From the NCBI GenBank assembly GCA_913775595.1, contig CAJYLB010000001.1, positions 620,001 through 684,000 on the forward strand: DNA of 64,000 nt, written 5' to 3'. The DNA comes from an uncultured Aquiluna sp. (GTDB lineage: Bacteria > Actinomycetota > Actinomycetes > Actinomycetales > Microbacteriaceae). A model generated the notes under the pieces. The model did no database searches. It worked only from the letters and a program-made list of their open reading frames with translations, and was not told where the DNA came from. Of the stretch, positions 39,579 through 50,700 are shown in pieces. Position 1 is the stretch's first letter. The number at the start of each line of letters is the position of its first letter. Both the position numbers and the translations under genes were made by a program.

Positions 39579-40940
39579 TTGACTATCGCCATGCACTCTC
39601 CCGGAGAAGATAACGGGCTTAGAGAGGCAATCTTTCAATACGCAACAGAGCGGCTGGACTATAACCCCCCTCCTCTGGATGGACCAAAAACCCTGAGCTC
39701 ATTGGCAGAGTCCGCTGGAGAAACCATCACTGAAGAGGGACTAGGCGGTCAGCAGGCACTCAAACTATTTGCCGACACTCTTGCCCCCGCAACCATTTCC
39801 ACAGACCACCCCGGCTATCTATCTTTCATTCCGGCGGCACCTACCGAGGCGGCAAGCCTTTTCGACCTCGTCGTGTCCGCAAGCAGTATTTATGGGGGAT
39901 CCTGGCTCGAGGGTTCTGGAGCTGTGTATGCGGAAAATCAAGTACTCGATTTTCTTGCGGGAGAATGCGGACTGCCAAAAGGCTCAGGCGGCGTTTTCGT
40001 CCAAGGTGGAACGCTGGGAAATCTCTCGGCACTTGTGACCGCAAGAGAAGTCGCTAAGGAAAAACTCGGCGACAAAGACTTCACGATTATTTGCTCGACC
40101 GAGTCACACAGCTCAGTCAAAGCGGTTGCCAAGGTAATCGGCGTCAAAACCTCTGCTGCCGACTCAGGAGAATCCGGGGCGATCGACTATGCAGCAGCTA
40201 AGGGCGCCTATGACTCCGCGTTGGCGGAGGGGCTTACCCCATTTGCAATCGTTGGCACGGCCGGAACGACAAATTTCGGCATTGTTGATGACCTAGAGGG
40301 GCTTGCAAAGCTTGCTAGCGAACAGGACCTTTGGTTTCACATCGATGGAGCCTACGGTCTTGCGGGGATTCTGGTGCCAGAGCTCAAGCAGCTCTACAGC
40401 GGAATTGAGAATGCCGACTCGCTGATAGTTGATCCCCACAAATGGTTGTTTGCTCCCTTTGATGCTTGTGCGCTGATCTACCGTCAGCCAGCTTTGGCCA
40501 AAGCAGTGTTCTCGCAACACGGGGAGTATCTCGAGCCGGTAAATAAAAACAAGGACGAGTGGAATCCTTCTGATTTCGCGATAAACCTCACCAGGCGCGC
40601 TCGCGGTCTGCCTCTGTGGTTCTCACTGGCAACCCACGGCATCGGTACCTATCGTGAGGCCATAAGGGACAACGTAAACCTCGCCCACAAGATTGCTCAG
40701 GAGATAAGGACCCGAGACTATCTGCAGCTGGTGCGCGATCCCCAGCTATCGGTGGTGGTCTTTGAGCGAATCGGTTGGGAGCAGAAAGACTATGACGCAT
40801 GGAGCGAGAAGCTGCTCGCCGAGCAGATTGCCCTGGTTTTGCCATCGAGCCTTCGAGGGCGTCCACACACCCGCTTTGCGATAGTGAACCCAATGACAAC
40901 CTTCGAGCTACTGGTTGAGATTCTGGACACCATGAAATGA
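39579..40940 (+). CDS. Group II PLP-dependent amino-acid decarboxylase (substrate uncertain)
   Basis: GVFVQGGTLGN, HSSV, TAGTTNFG..D, WFHIDGAYG and PLP-lysine DPHKWL motifs; SD AAGGAG. Confidence 0.9.
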   Translation: MTIAMHSPGEDNGLREAIFQYATERLDYNPPPLDGPKTLSSLAESAGETITEEGLGGQQALKLFADTLAPATISTDHPGYLSFIPAAPTEAASLFDLVVSASSIYGGSWLEGSGAVYAENQVLDFLAGECGLPKGSGGVFVQGGTLGNLSALVTAREVAKEKLGDKDFTIICSTESHSSVKAVAKVIGVKTSAADSGESGAIDYAAAKGAYDSALAEGLTPFAIVGTAGTTNFGIVDDLEGLAKLASEQDLWFHIDGAYGLAGILVPELKQLYSGIENADSLIVDPHKWLFAPFDACALIYRQPALAKAVFSQHGEYLEPVNKNKDEWNPSDFAINLTRRARGLPLWFSLATHGIGTYREAIRDNVNLAHKIAQEIRTRDYLQLVRDPQLSVVVFERIGWEQKDYDAWSEKLLAEQIALVLPSSLRGRPHTRFAIVNPMTTFELLVEILDTMK

Positions 40941-41929
40941 AACTGACTATCGCAGAAGCCCCTGGCTCTCCCGCACGAAAGAAGCCGGCAGAACGAGGCA
41001 GCGTCAGGGTGGCGCTCGTTCAGCTCAGGTGGCATGAAGATGCCGCTAAGCACGAGGACAACATTTCGAGAGCCGTAGCCCTAGCGGCAGAGAATGGCGC
41101 CAGAGTGGTATTTCTTCCCGAGCTCACGCTCAGCCGTTACCCTGCGGACACTCTTCCCGAGGGAACCCCAAGCGAGATTGCGGAGGAGCTGGAGACAGGC
41201 CCCACATACGCCCTGCTATCCAAGCTCGCAATGCAGCATGGGATTGCAGTTCACGGATCCCTCTATGAGCGCACGGGATTTGAAGATGGACGAGGTTTGA
41301 ATTCGGCAATCATCGTCGGGCCAGAGGGCGAGCTGCTCGCAAGAACCCCAAAGCTACACATTCCCGTGACCGAAGGCTATTTCGAGGACAAGTATTTCCA
41401 GCCAGGACCTGCAGAGACTCCATACCCCACCTATGAACTGGCTATCGAGGGGGCACCGCGACTCGGGCTCCCAACCTGCTGGGATGAATGGTTTCCAGAG
41501 GTTGCAAGGGCGTACGGCCTAGCAGGAGCAGATGTCCTCTGCTACCCAACAGCAATTGGCTCTGAGCCAGATCATCCTGACTTTGACACTGAGCCTCTCT
41601 GGCGCCAGACAATCGTCGGGCACGCAATTGCTAATGGGCTTTTCATAGTTGTTCCCAATCGCTACGGCAACGAGGGGCTTGTCACCTTCTACGGCAGCTC
41701 CTTCATCGTTGACCCTTACGGCAGGCTGATAGCGCAAGCAGCAAGAGAAGGCGATGAGGTTTTAGTCGCGGATCTAGATCTAGACCAACGAAGAGATTGG
41801 CTAGATCTGTTTCCCTTCTTCGCAACAAGGCGGCCTGACACCTATGGGGCGCTCTCAGATGCTGTAGTCAACCCCCGCACCCAAAATGGCGATGGCGAGC
41901 ACGGCGGAATAGCGGGGCTCAGACCATGA
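40937..41929 (+). CDS. aguB: Carbon-nitrogen hydrolase, N-carbamoylputrescine amidase-like
   Basis: Glu-Lys-Cys triad motifs LPEL, KLHIP and CWDEWFPE; YPTAIGSEP, FYGSSF and RRPDTY; ATGA-coupled to both neighbours. Confidence 0.85.
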   Translation: MKLTIAEAPGSPARKKPAERGSVRVALVQLRWHEDAAKHEDNISRAVALAAENGARVVFLPELTLSRYPADTLPEGTPSEIAEELETGPTYALLSKLAMQHGIAVHGSLYERTGFEDGRGLNSAIIVGPEGELLARTPKLHIPVTEGYFEDKYFQPGPAETPYPTYELAIEGAPRLGLPTCWDEWFPEVARAYGLAGADVLCYPTAIGSEPDHPDFDTEPLWRQTIVGHAIANGLFIVVPNRYGNEGLVTFYGSSFIVDPYGRLIAQAAREGDEVLVADLDLDQRRDWLDLFPFFATRRPDTYGALSDAVVNPRTQNGDGEHGGIAGLRP

Positions 41930-42921
41930 GGCACATGCCTCCAGAGTGGCACCCTCACGAGCGCACATGGGTTGCCTTCCCTCACCACGGCTACACCCTT
42001 GGCGAATCCGCCCAAGAGCAAGTGGCCGCCCGGAAGACCTGGGCTGAGGTGGCGAACAAGGCCTCAGACTATGAGCCAGTCACCGTGGTGACCCACCCAG
42101 AGGATGCAGCCCTTGCAAGAAAACAGCTCAGCTCACAGGTTGAGATTGCCGAGCTAGAGATTGATGATGCGTGGATAAGAGACAGCGGACCAACCTTTGT
42201 AGTTGAAAACGGGGCACTTGCCGCCGTGGATTGGGTATTCAATGGCTGGGGAGCTCAGAGCTGGGCTAAATACGAAAAAGACGCCCTTGTTGCCAGGGAA
42301 ATCGCAAACCTGGTTGAAACCAAAGTCGTCTCCAGCGACCTGGTTAATGAGGGCGGAGGTATTCACGTCGATGGCGCTGGAAGAGTCCTGCTCACGGAGA
42401 CCGTTCAGCTCGGCAAGGAGCGTAACCCCGGCCGAAGCAGGCAAGAGGTAGAGGCAGAAATACACGACAAACTCGGCACCACAGAGGCAATCTGGATAAA
42501 GCGCGGCCTAACACGCGACTATGACGAGTTCGGAACCAAGGGGCATGTGGACATCGTTGCCTGCTTCACCCCCGATGGCAAGGTGCTGTTTCACGAGCAG
42601 AGAAGTGAGAACCATCCGGACTTCCTAGTGTCTAGAGAGGTCAAGGAGACCTTGCAACGTGCAGGTTTAGAAGCCGTTGGAGTTAGCGCCCCAGAGGTGC
42701 AAAAGGACGCTCACGGCTATGTCGATTACAGCTACATCAACCACTACGTGCTGAACGATGCGGTGCTTTTGTGCAGCTTCGATGATCCTGAGGACAGGGA
42801 AGTAGCAGCCCAGCTGCGAGAGATCTACCCGGGACGAAAAATCGAGCTGATCGATGCCCGGGAACTCTTTGCTCGTGGAGGCGGGATTCACTGCATCACC
42901 CAGCAACAACCTAAGGTTTAG
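41926..42921 (+). CDS. aguA: Agmatine deiminase family protein
   Basis: MPPEW, DDAWIRDSGP, FNGWG, EGGGIHVDG, TKGHVD and GGGIHCITQQQP motifs. Confidence 0.92.
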   Translation: MRHMPPEWHPHERTWVAFPHHGYTLGESAQEQVAARKTWAEVANKASDYEPVTVVTHPEDAALARKQLSSQVEIAELEIDDAWIRDSGPTFVVENGALAAVDWVFNGWGAQSWAKYEKDALVAREIANLVETKVVSSDLVNEGGGIHVDGAGRVLLTETVQLGKERNPGRSRQEVEAEIHDKLGTTEAIWIKRGLTRDYDEFGTKGHVDIVACFTPDGKVLFHEQRSENHPDFLVSREVKETLQRAGLEAVGVSAPEVQKDAHGYVDYSYINHYVLNDAVLLCSFDDPEDREVAAQLREIYPGRKIELIDARELFARGGGIHCITQQQPKV

Positions 42922-42941
42922 AGCAGGAAGAAAGGCGCGCA

Positions 42942-44600
42942 ATGAAGCGAGAAGAAACAGCAATTGACAAGATCGCAAATGACTGGGTGAAGCACCTAGC
43001 CAAGAGGTCCCCTTCCTATGCCACCTACCTTGGCTTTCCGGGCGGCGAAAAAGACGTAGATGATTTCTCGCCGGATGCTTTGGAGCAGGACCGGCATGAC
43101 TATGCGGACCTGATTGCAAGGCTCGAAGCTGAGGAACCGGTTGACGAGGTAGACCGGGTCACCAAAGAGGCAATGATTGCCGATGCCGACCTAAGTGTCC
43201 GCACCTACGATTCAGGGCTGCTGTTTAGAAACATGAACAACATCGCATCGCCAGCTCAGGACATTCGAGACATCTTCGATCTCTCGCCAACAGAAACCGC
43301 CGAGCATTGGGAAAACCTTGCCAGCCGAATGTCCAAAGTGCCGGAGGCAATCTCCGGCTACATCGCATCCCTCCGCGTCGGCATCCAACGTGGTGATACG
43401 CCTGCCAAGCGCCAGGTCGAGGAGATCATTACGCAGGCAGGCCAGATTGATTCTCCTGACGGCTTCTTCAGAGAGTTCGCCAAGGCAGAAGGCAAGGATT
43501 TGCCCGATTCGCTTCGCAAGGAACTGGCTGAGGCAGGCGAAAAAGCCACCGAGGGGTATCGCAACTTTGCTGATTTTTTGAAGACCGAACTCTTGCCAGC
43601 TGCCAAGCCAGAAGACGCGATTGGTGCGGAGCGCTACGCATTACTGAGCGAGCGGTTTCTGGGCGCAAAGATTGATCCGGACGAAACCTACGAGTGGGGT
43701 AAGCAGGAGCTGGCAAGAATAGTCGCCGAGCAAACCGATGTTGCGAACCAGATAAAGCCTGGAGCAACGGTGGAAGAAGCGGTGCAGCACCTCGAAAAGG
43801 ACCCCAGCACCAAACTCCACGGCACGGATGCTCTCCAGAAGTGGATGCAAAAGCTATCGGATGAGGCAATTGAGAAGCTTGCCGGCACTCACTTTGAGAT
43901 CGCGGAGCCCCTAAGGAAGCTTGAGTGCATGATTGCGCCCACCAAGCACGGTGGCATTTACTACACCGGGCCAACCGATGACTTCTCGCGTCCAGGGAGG
44001 ATGTGGTGGTCAGTTCCTGAGGGAGTGAACGAGTTCGATACCTGGCGTGAAACTACGACCGTCTACCACGAAGGCGTTCCCGGTCATCACCTTCAGGTTG
44101 CGCAGCAGACCTACGTCAAAGACACCCTGAACGACTGGCGCCGATTGGCGTCGTGGACCTCGGGCCACGGTGAGGGATGGGCCCTCTACGCCGAGCGACT
44201 GATGGACGAGCTGGGCTACCTCAGTACACCCGCAGATCGCCTGGGAATGCTGGATGCGCAGAGAATGCGAGCTGCCAGAGTGGTTTTGGACATCGGCGTT
44301 CACACCAAGAAAGCAAAGCTGGAAGGCAGCGGCGTGTGGGACTTTGACTACGCGCTTGGGTTCATGGGTAGCAACGTGAACATGTCTAAGGAGTTTGTCC
44401 GCTTTGAGGTGACCAGGTACTTTGGCTGGCCCGGTCAGGCACCCTCCTACAAGGTAGGCCAGCGTATCTGGGAACAGATCAGAGATGACTACCGCTCACG
44501 CAAGGGTGATTCATTCGACATCAAAGAGTTTCACAAGACTGCCCTGAATCTTGGTGGGCTCGGACTTGACACCCTCAGAAGCGCAATGGCTAGAGCCTAA
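42942..44600 (+). CDS. DUF885 family protein (metallopeptidase-like)
   Basis: YHEGVPGHHLQ, EGWALYAE, RAARVVLDIGVH and PGQAPSYKVG motifs. Confidence 0.88.
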   Translation: MKREETAIDKIANDWVKHLAKRSPSYATYLGFPGGEKDVDDFSPDALEQDRHDYADLIARLEAEEPVDEVDRVTKEAMIADADLSVRTYDSGLLFRNMNNIASPAQDIRDIFDLSPTETAEHWENLASRMSKVPEAISGYIASLRVGIQRGDTPAKRQVEEIITQAGQIDSPDGFFREFAKAEGKDLPDSLRKELAEAGEKATEGYRNFADFLKTELLPAAKPEDAIGAERYALLSERFLGAKIDPDETYEWGKQELARIVAEQTDVANQIKPGATVEEAVQHLEKDPSTKLHGTDALQKWMQKLSDEAIEKLAGTHFEIAEPLRKLECMIAPTKHGGIYYTGPTDDFSRPGRMWWSVPEGVNEFDTWRETTTVYHEGVPGHHLQVAQQTYVKDTLNDWRRLASWTSGHGEGWALYAERLMDELGYLSTPADRLGMLDAQRMRAARVVLDIGVHTKKAKLEGSGVWDFDYALGFMGSNVNMSKEFVRFEVTRYFGWPGQAPSYKVGQRIWEQIRDDYRSRKGDSFDIKEFHKTALNLGGLGLDTLRSAMARA

Positions 44601-44625
44601 TCCCGGCAAATTCGTTACGCTTTAG

Positions 44626-45941
<1,316 letters not shown>

Positions 45942-45942
<1 letters not shown>

Positions 45943-46637
45943 TGAGCATCCACATCGCGGCCAAGCCGGGTGAGATTGCCGACACCATCTTGCTTCCCGG
46001 AGATCCCCTCAGGGCAAAATGGATTGCCGAGACGTTTCTTGAAAACGTTGTCCAGTACAACAGTGTCCGAAACATGCTTGGCTTCACGGGCGAGATTGAA
46101 GGAAAAAGAGTTTCAGTGCAGGGCACTGGCATGGGCGCCCCATCCATCGGCATCTACGCCTATGAGCTTTTCAATGATTACGGCGTGCAGAACGCGATTC
46201 GTGTTGGTACCAGCGGTGGACTGCCTCCAACAAAATTGCGAGACGTCGTCATCGCAATGACCGCATCCACTGATTCAAACATCAACCAAAGGGCCACCGG
46301 AGGCCTGGACTTTGCACCCGCTGCAAACTACGAACTACTAGAGAAGGCAGTTGCCAAGGCAAGAGAGCTTGGCATCGATCACCACGTAGGCATGATCGCC
46401 TCGGGCGACCTTTTTTATGACGAGACTGACTCGCTGGAGCAGTGGAAGAAGCTCGGAATCCTGGCCCTCGAGATGGAGACGAATCAGCTCTACACCCTCG
46501 CTGCGAGATTCCGCCGAAAGGCGCTGAGCATCGTCACCGTCTCAGACATGATGGACGGGTCGGAGCAGACCAGTAGCGAGGAGCGGGAAACCGGTTTCAA
46601 AAACATGGTTACCCTCGCTCTCGCCGCAGCCAACTAG
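45942..46637 (+). CDS. deoD: Purine-nucleoside phosphorylase (DeoD type)
   Basis: [32 protein letters not shown] and EME motifs; TAATG overlap with argG. Confidence 0.93.
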
Positions 46638-46652
46638 CACTAGATTCTGCCT

Positions 46653-47285
46653 GTGCCCTCTGCAGCTAACATCCTTGGCTTCACCCTCTTGGCAATAGTC
46701 ATAATTGTTGTCCCAGGGCCGGGTGTGCTCTTTGCAGTCGGTAGGGCCTTGGTGCTTGGCACCAAGCCAGCACTGCTCTCTGTCTTAGGCAATGCACTGG
46801 GTGTTGGGGTTCAGATCGTCGTGGTTGCATTAGGCCTAGGAGTCCTTATCCAGAGCTCGCCGGAAGCTTTTTTTGTAATTCGGCTGGCAGGTGCACTGAT
46901 GATTGGCTATCTCGGAATTCGAGCCATACTTCACCGGAGACAATCGCTCGAGGATGGGGCAGATAAGCCGCATTCTAGATCCACGATTCTCAAGGAATCG
47001 GTGGTTGTTGGGCTAACGAATGCAAAGACTCTCGTATTTTTTCTTGCGGCCCTGCCAAGCTTTGTCTCGGTTGAGGATGGAAGCCCAATAATCCAGATGC
47101 TCCTGTTGGGCCTAATTTTTTCAATCATCGGCATCGCCTCTGACTCGGTTTATGCAATTGCAGCCGGAAGGGCACGAGACTGGCTTGCAACATCCGAGCA
47201 GCGTCTTGCAACTTTCAGAGGTTTGGGTGGTCTTGCGCTGACCCTGCTAGGTGTTTACATGCTTTATGAGGCAATCGCGCACTAA
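46653..47285 (+). CDS. LysE/RhtB family amino-acid exporter
   Basis: PGP motif after the first TM helix, NAK motif, about 6 TM helices. Confidence 0.9.
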   Translation: MPSAANILGFTLLAIVIIVVPGPGVLFAVGRALVLGTKPALLSVLGNALGVGVQIVVVALGLGVLIQSSPEAFFVIRLAGALMIGYLGIRAILHRRQSLEDGADKPHSRSTILKESVVVGLTNAKTLVFFLAALPSFVSVEDGSPIIQMLLLGLIFSIIGIASDSVYAIAAGRARDWLATSEQRLATFRGLGGLALTLLGVYMLYEAIAH

Positions 47286-47287
47286 GA

Positions 47288-47316
47288 ACATAGATAGACA
47301 GCTATCTATGTATAGT
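47288..47316 (+). promoter_or_regulatory. Perfect palindromic operator overlapping a leaderless promoter
   Basis: ACATAGATAG-ACAG-CTATCTATGT (47288-47311); -10 TATAGT at 47311-47316, followed 6 nt later by ATG 47323. Confidence 0.7.
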
Positions 47317-47322
47317 TGAATT

Positions 47323-47565
47323 ATGAGCGAGTGGAACTACACAAAATGCTCGAAGCCATTCGAGTCCGAGCAGGCTGCCCTTGAATTCATGCACGAGAAG
47401 GACTTCGCCGGGCTAGTCCTAAAGCGAGACGAGGGCTATGCGGCTGTTTGCCCCACCTATCCGGATGGCTACTATCCCGATGCAGTGGTTGTTGCTGAGG
47501 TTGAAAACTCGAAGCGTGACTTGGCGGCTGAGAGAAAAAGCCTGCCGATTCAAAACTGCTGCTAG
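47323..47565 (+). CDS. Small hypothetical protein with C-terminal Cys-Cys
   Basis: 80-aa ORF that fills the LysE-tRNA gap, has its own promoter signature and contains 4 Cys. Confidence 0.75.
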   Translation: MSEWNYTKCSKPFESEQAALEFMHEKDFAGLVLKRDEGYAAVCPTYPDGYYPDAVVVAEVENSKRDLAAERKSLPIQNCC

Positions 47566-47567
47566 AG

Positions 47568-47640
47568 CGCCCTCGGTAGGAATCGAACCTACGACCAAGA
47601 GATTAGAAGGCTCTTGCTCTATCCACTGAGCTACGAGGGC
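47568..47640 (-). tRNA. tRNA-Arg (TCT)
   Basis: Reverse complement GCCCTCGTAGCTCAGTGGATAGAGCAAGAGCCTTCTAATCTCTTGGTCGTAGGTTCGATTCCTACCGAGGGCG. Confidence 0.96.
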
Positions 47641-47701
47641 AGACTAAGAATTCTAACTGCCAGTTTCCCCTAGAGTGTTAGTGCTTGTAGTGTGAAACAA
47701 G

Positions 47702-50700
47702 GTGAAAATGGCGCTAAAGACGACGCAAATTCCAACTATCTCCGGGAAACCAGAGCTAGTCGAGGCGTCCATAGCTCTGGTAGATAAGTGGGTCTCAGAG
47801 GCCGCCAAACTCAAGGAAAACAAGTCGTCCCAAAGGCTTAGTGGGCTCCTAAAAGATCCAAATGGTTTAGATTTCGCGGTTGGCTTCATCGACGGCGTCA
47901 TAAGACCAGAGGACATTCGGGTTGCGGCGACAAACCTCTACCAACTAAGAACCCTTACACCACGATTTCTGCCTTGGCCTCTGAGGGCTCTCCTCGGGCT
48001 GGGGGCCAATCTTGCGCCTCTACTCCCCTGGCCCGTAATTCCGATCGCAAGGATGGTGCTGCGCTCATTTGTCTCACACCTCGTGATTGATGCATCGCAT
48101 AGCAAGTTCCGCCGTGCCACAAGGAAACTTCGACTCGACGCGACCCTGAACGTCAATCTCCTTGGCGAGGCTGTCTTGGGTCATGCTGAAGCGGACAAGC
48201 GCCTTAGCCACGTGGCAGAGATTCTGTCCCGCCCAGAGACTGAGTATGTCTCGGTGAAGGTATCGGCAATTGTTGCCCCTCACTCCCCCTGGGCTTTTGA
48301 CCAGACGGTGCAGGAAGTCATTGAGAGGCTCACCCCTCTTTACAAGATTGCTGCCGACTCGCCCAAAAAGAAGTTCATCAATCTGGACATGGAGGAATAT
48401 CGCGATCTGGACATGACGATTGCGGTCTTCAAGGGACTTTTGGCCAAGCCAGAGTTCAAAGAGCTCAGCGCTGGCATCGTGCTCCAGGCCTACTTGCCAG
48501 ATGCCCTAAGAGTCATGATTGACCTGCAACAGTGGGCTGCGCTGAGGGTCATTGACGGTGGTGCTCCGATCAAGGTCAGAGTCGTGAAAGGCGCCAACCT
48601 TCCGATGGAACGGGTCGATGCTGAAATGCACGACTGGCCGCTTGCAACCGTTCCATCCAAAGCTGAGGCTGATGCCAATTACAAAAGAGTCTTGAACTAC
48701 GCCCTCACCCCAGAGCGGGTCAAGAACGTAAAGATTGGTGTGGCTGGGCATAACCTCTTTGACCTCGCATTTGCTTGGCTTCTTGCCTCGCAACGCGGCG
48801 CACAAGACGGCATGGATGTCGAGATGCTACTTGGTATGGCGCCCAACCAAGCCAGCGTGATCAGCAAGAGCGTTGGCAAGTTGGTGCTCTACACCCCTGT
48901 TGTCTACTCTCAGGAATTTGACGTCGCCATCGCCTACCTCATCCGCAGGCTTGAGGAGGGCGCCAGCTCCGAAAACTTCCTCTCAAACGCGTTTGAGCTA
49001 ACCAGTCAGCAGCCCTACGAGCTTGAGCGCCAGCGCTACATGCACTCACTAGATTTGATGGGCACCGAGGTGCCAGTGCCGAACAGGTTGCAGGATCGCT
49101 CGTTGGATGAAGCGCATCTCCCTGTTGGGTTTAGCAATACACCGGACACTGATCCCTCGACAGCAGGAAACCGCAATTGGGCCAAGGGCATCTACCGACG
49201 ACTTTCGGACACCGAAATCGGGATCGACCTGGTTGAACGTCACACTGTCACCAGTGAGGTCAAGCTCAACGAGTTGATTGTGAGCGCTAAGGCTGCCCAA
49301 AATCGCTGGCAATCGCTTGCCCCGGAGGAGCGCGCGAACAAGATTCACGAAGTTGGGGTGGTGCTAGAGCGAAACCGCGAATACCTCGTTGAGGTAGCAA
49401 TGGCCGAGGCGGGAAAGACTCTAGATCAGGTGGACACCGAGATTTCGGAGGCAATCGACTTTGCCCATTACTACGCCGAGCAGTCTCTAAGGCTTGAGAA
49501 CCTGCCAGGGGCTAAGCCGGTTCCAAGAAGAATCACCGTTGTGACACCACCTTGGAACTTCCCCATCGCCATTCCTGCAGGTGGGGCGCTTGCTGCTCTC
49601 GCGGCTGGCAGCGCGGTGATTTTCAAACCCGCAGGTCCGGCGGCTCGCTGTGGTGCAGTGCTTGCAGAGTTGATCTTGGAGGTCATTGACCCAGAGCTGT
49701 TTGTCCCAATCCACATTGGTGAGCGTGAACTGGGCCAAAGACTGATTGGCCATGAGGACGTGGACCAAGTAATCCTCACTGGCGGTTACGAGACTGCCGA
49801 GCTCTTTAGAGGCTTCAGGCCCGATCTCAGGCTACTTGCCGAGACGAGCGGGAAAAACGCAATCATTGTCACCCCGCACGCAGATCTGGACTTAGCCGCG
49901 AAGGACATTGCCTATTCGGCATTTGGCCACGCAGGGCAGAAGTGTTCCGCAAGCTCGATAGTGATTCTGGTTGGCTCAGTTGCAAAGTCGAAGCGGTTCA
50001 GGCGTCAGCTAATGGATGCGGTTTCCTCGCTGAAAGTTGCCCACCCAACAGACCCAACAGCTCAGATGGGCCCGATGATTGCCCCTCCCGAGGGAAAGCT
50101 TCTGACCGGGCTCACTAAGTTGGAGCGCGGTGAAAAGTGGCTTATGAAGCCCGAGCAGCTTGATGAGACTGGAAAGCTTTGGTCACCCGGGGTAATCGAA
50201 CATGTTAGGCCCGGCTCGAGATCTCACCTTGTTGAATACTTCGGCCCAGTGCTTGCCATCATGACCGCGCCAAATCTGAATGCGGCAATAGCGCTTCAAA
50301 ACAGCGTTGATTATGGCCTGACGGCGGGTATTCACTCTCTCAATAGCCAGGAGATTACGGATTGGCTGGCCCGCGTTCAATCAGGAAACGTCTATGTCAA
50401 CCGCGGAATCACTGGCGCCATAGTCCAGCGTCAGCCTTTTGGGGGCTGGAAGAAGTCGGCAGTTGGCCCAGGTGCGAAGGCGGGTGGTCCGAATTACCTC
50501 TTTGGCCTGACCGACTGGACTACTGAAGAGAACGGCGCCCTAGAGCCTATCGAGACCAAAGAAATGAATGCACTTTTGGCTCAGGCAGCCATGAGTGAAC
50601 TGAGCGACGATCAAGTTGCGTCGCTGATTCGATGCGCTCAAAGTGACCTGGCTGCGCTGAGGCATTACTTCTCGGGGGTCAAGGATGAGACAGGGCTTGA

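Noticed and set aside
46653..47640. Possible genomic island integrated at tRNA-Arg(TCT)
   Set aside because: No integrase and no duplicated tRNA 3' end (att repeat) seen; the flanking genes are metabolic.
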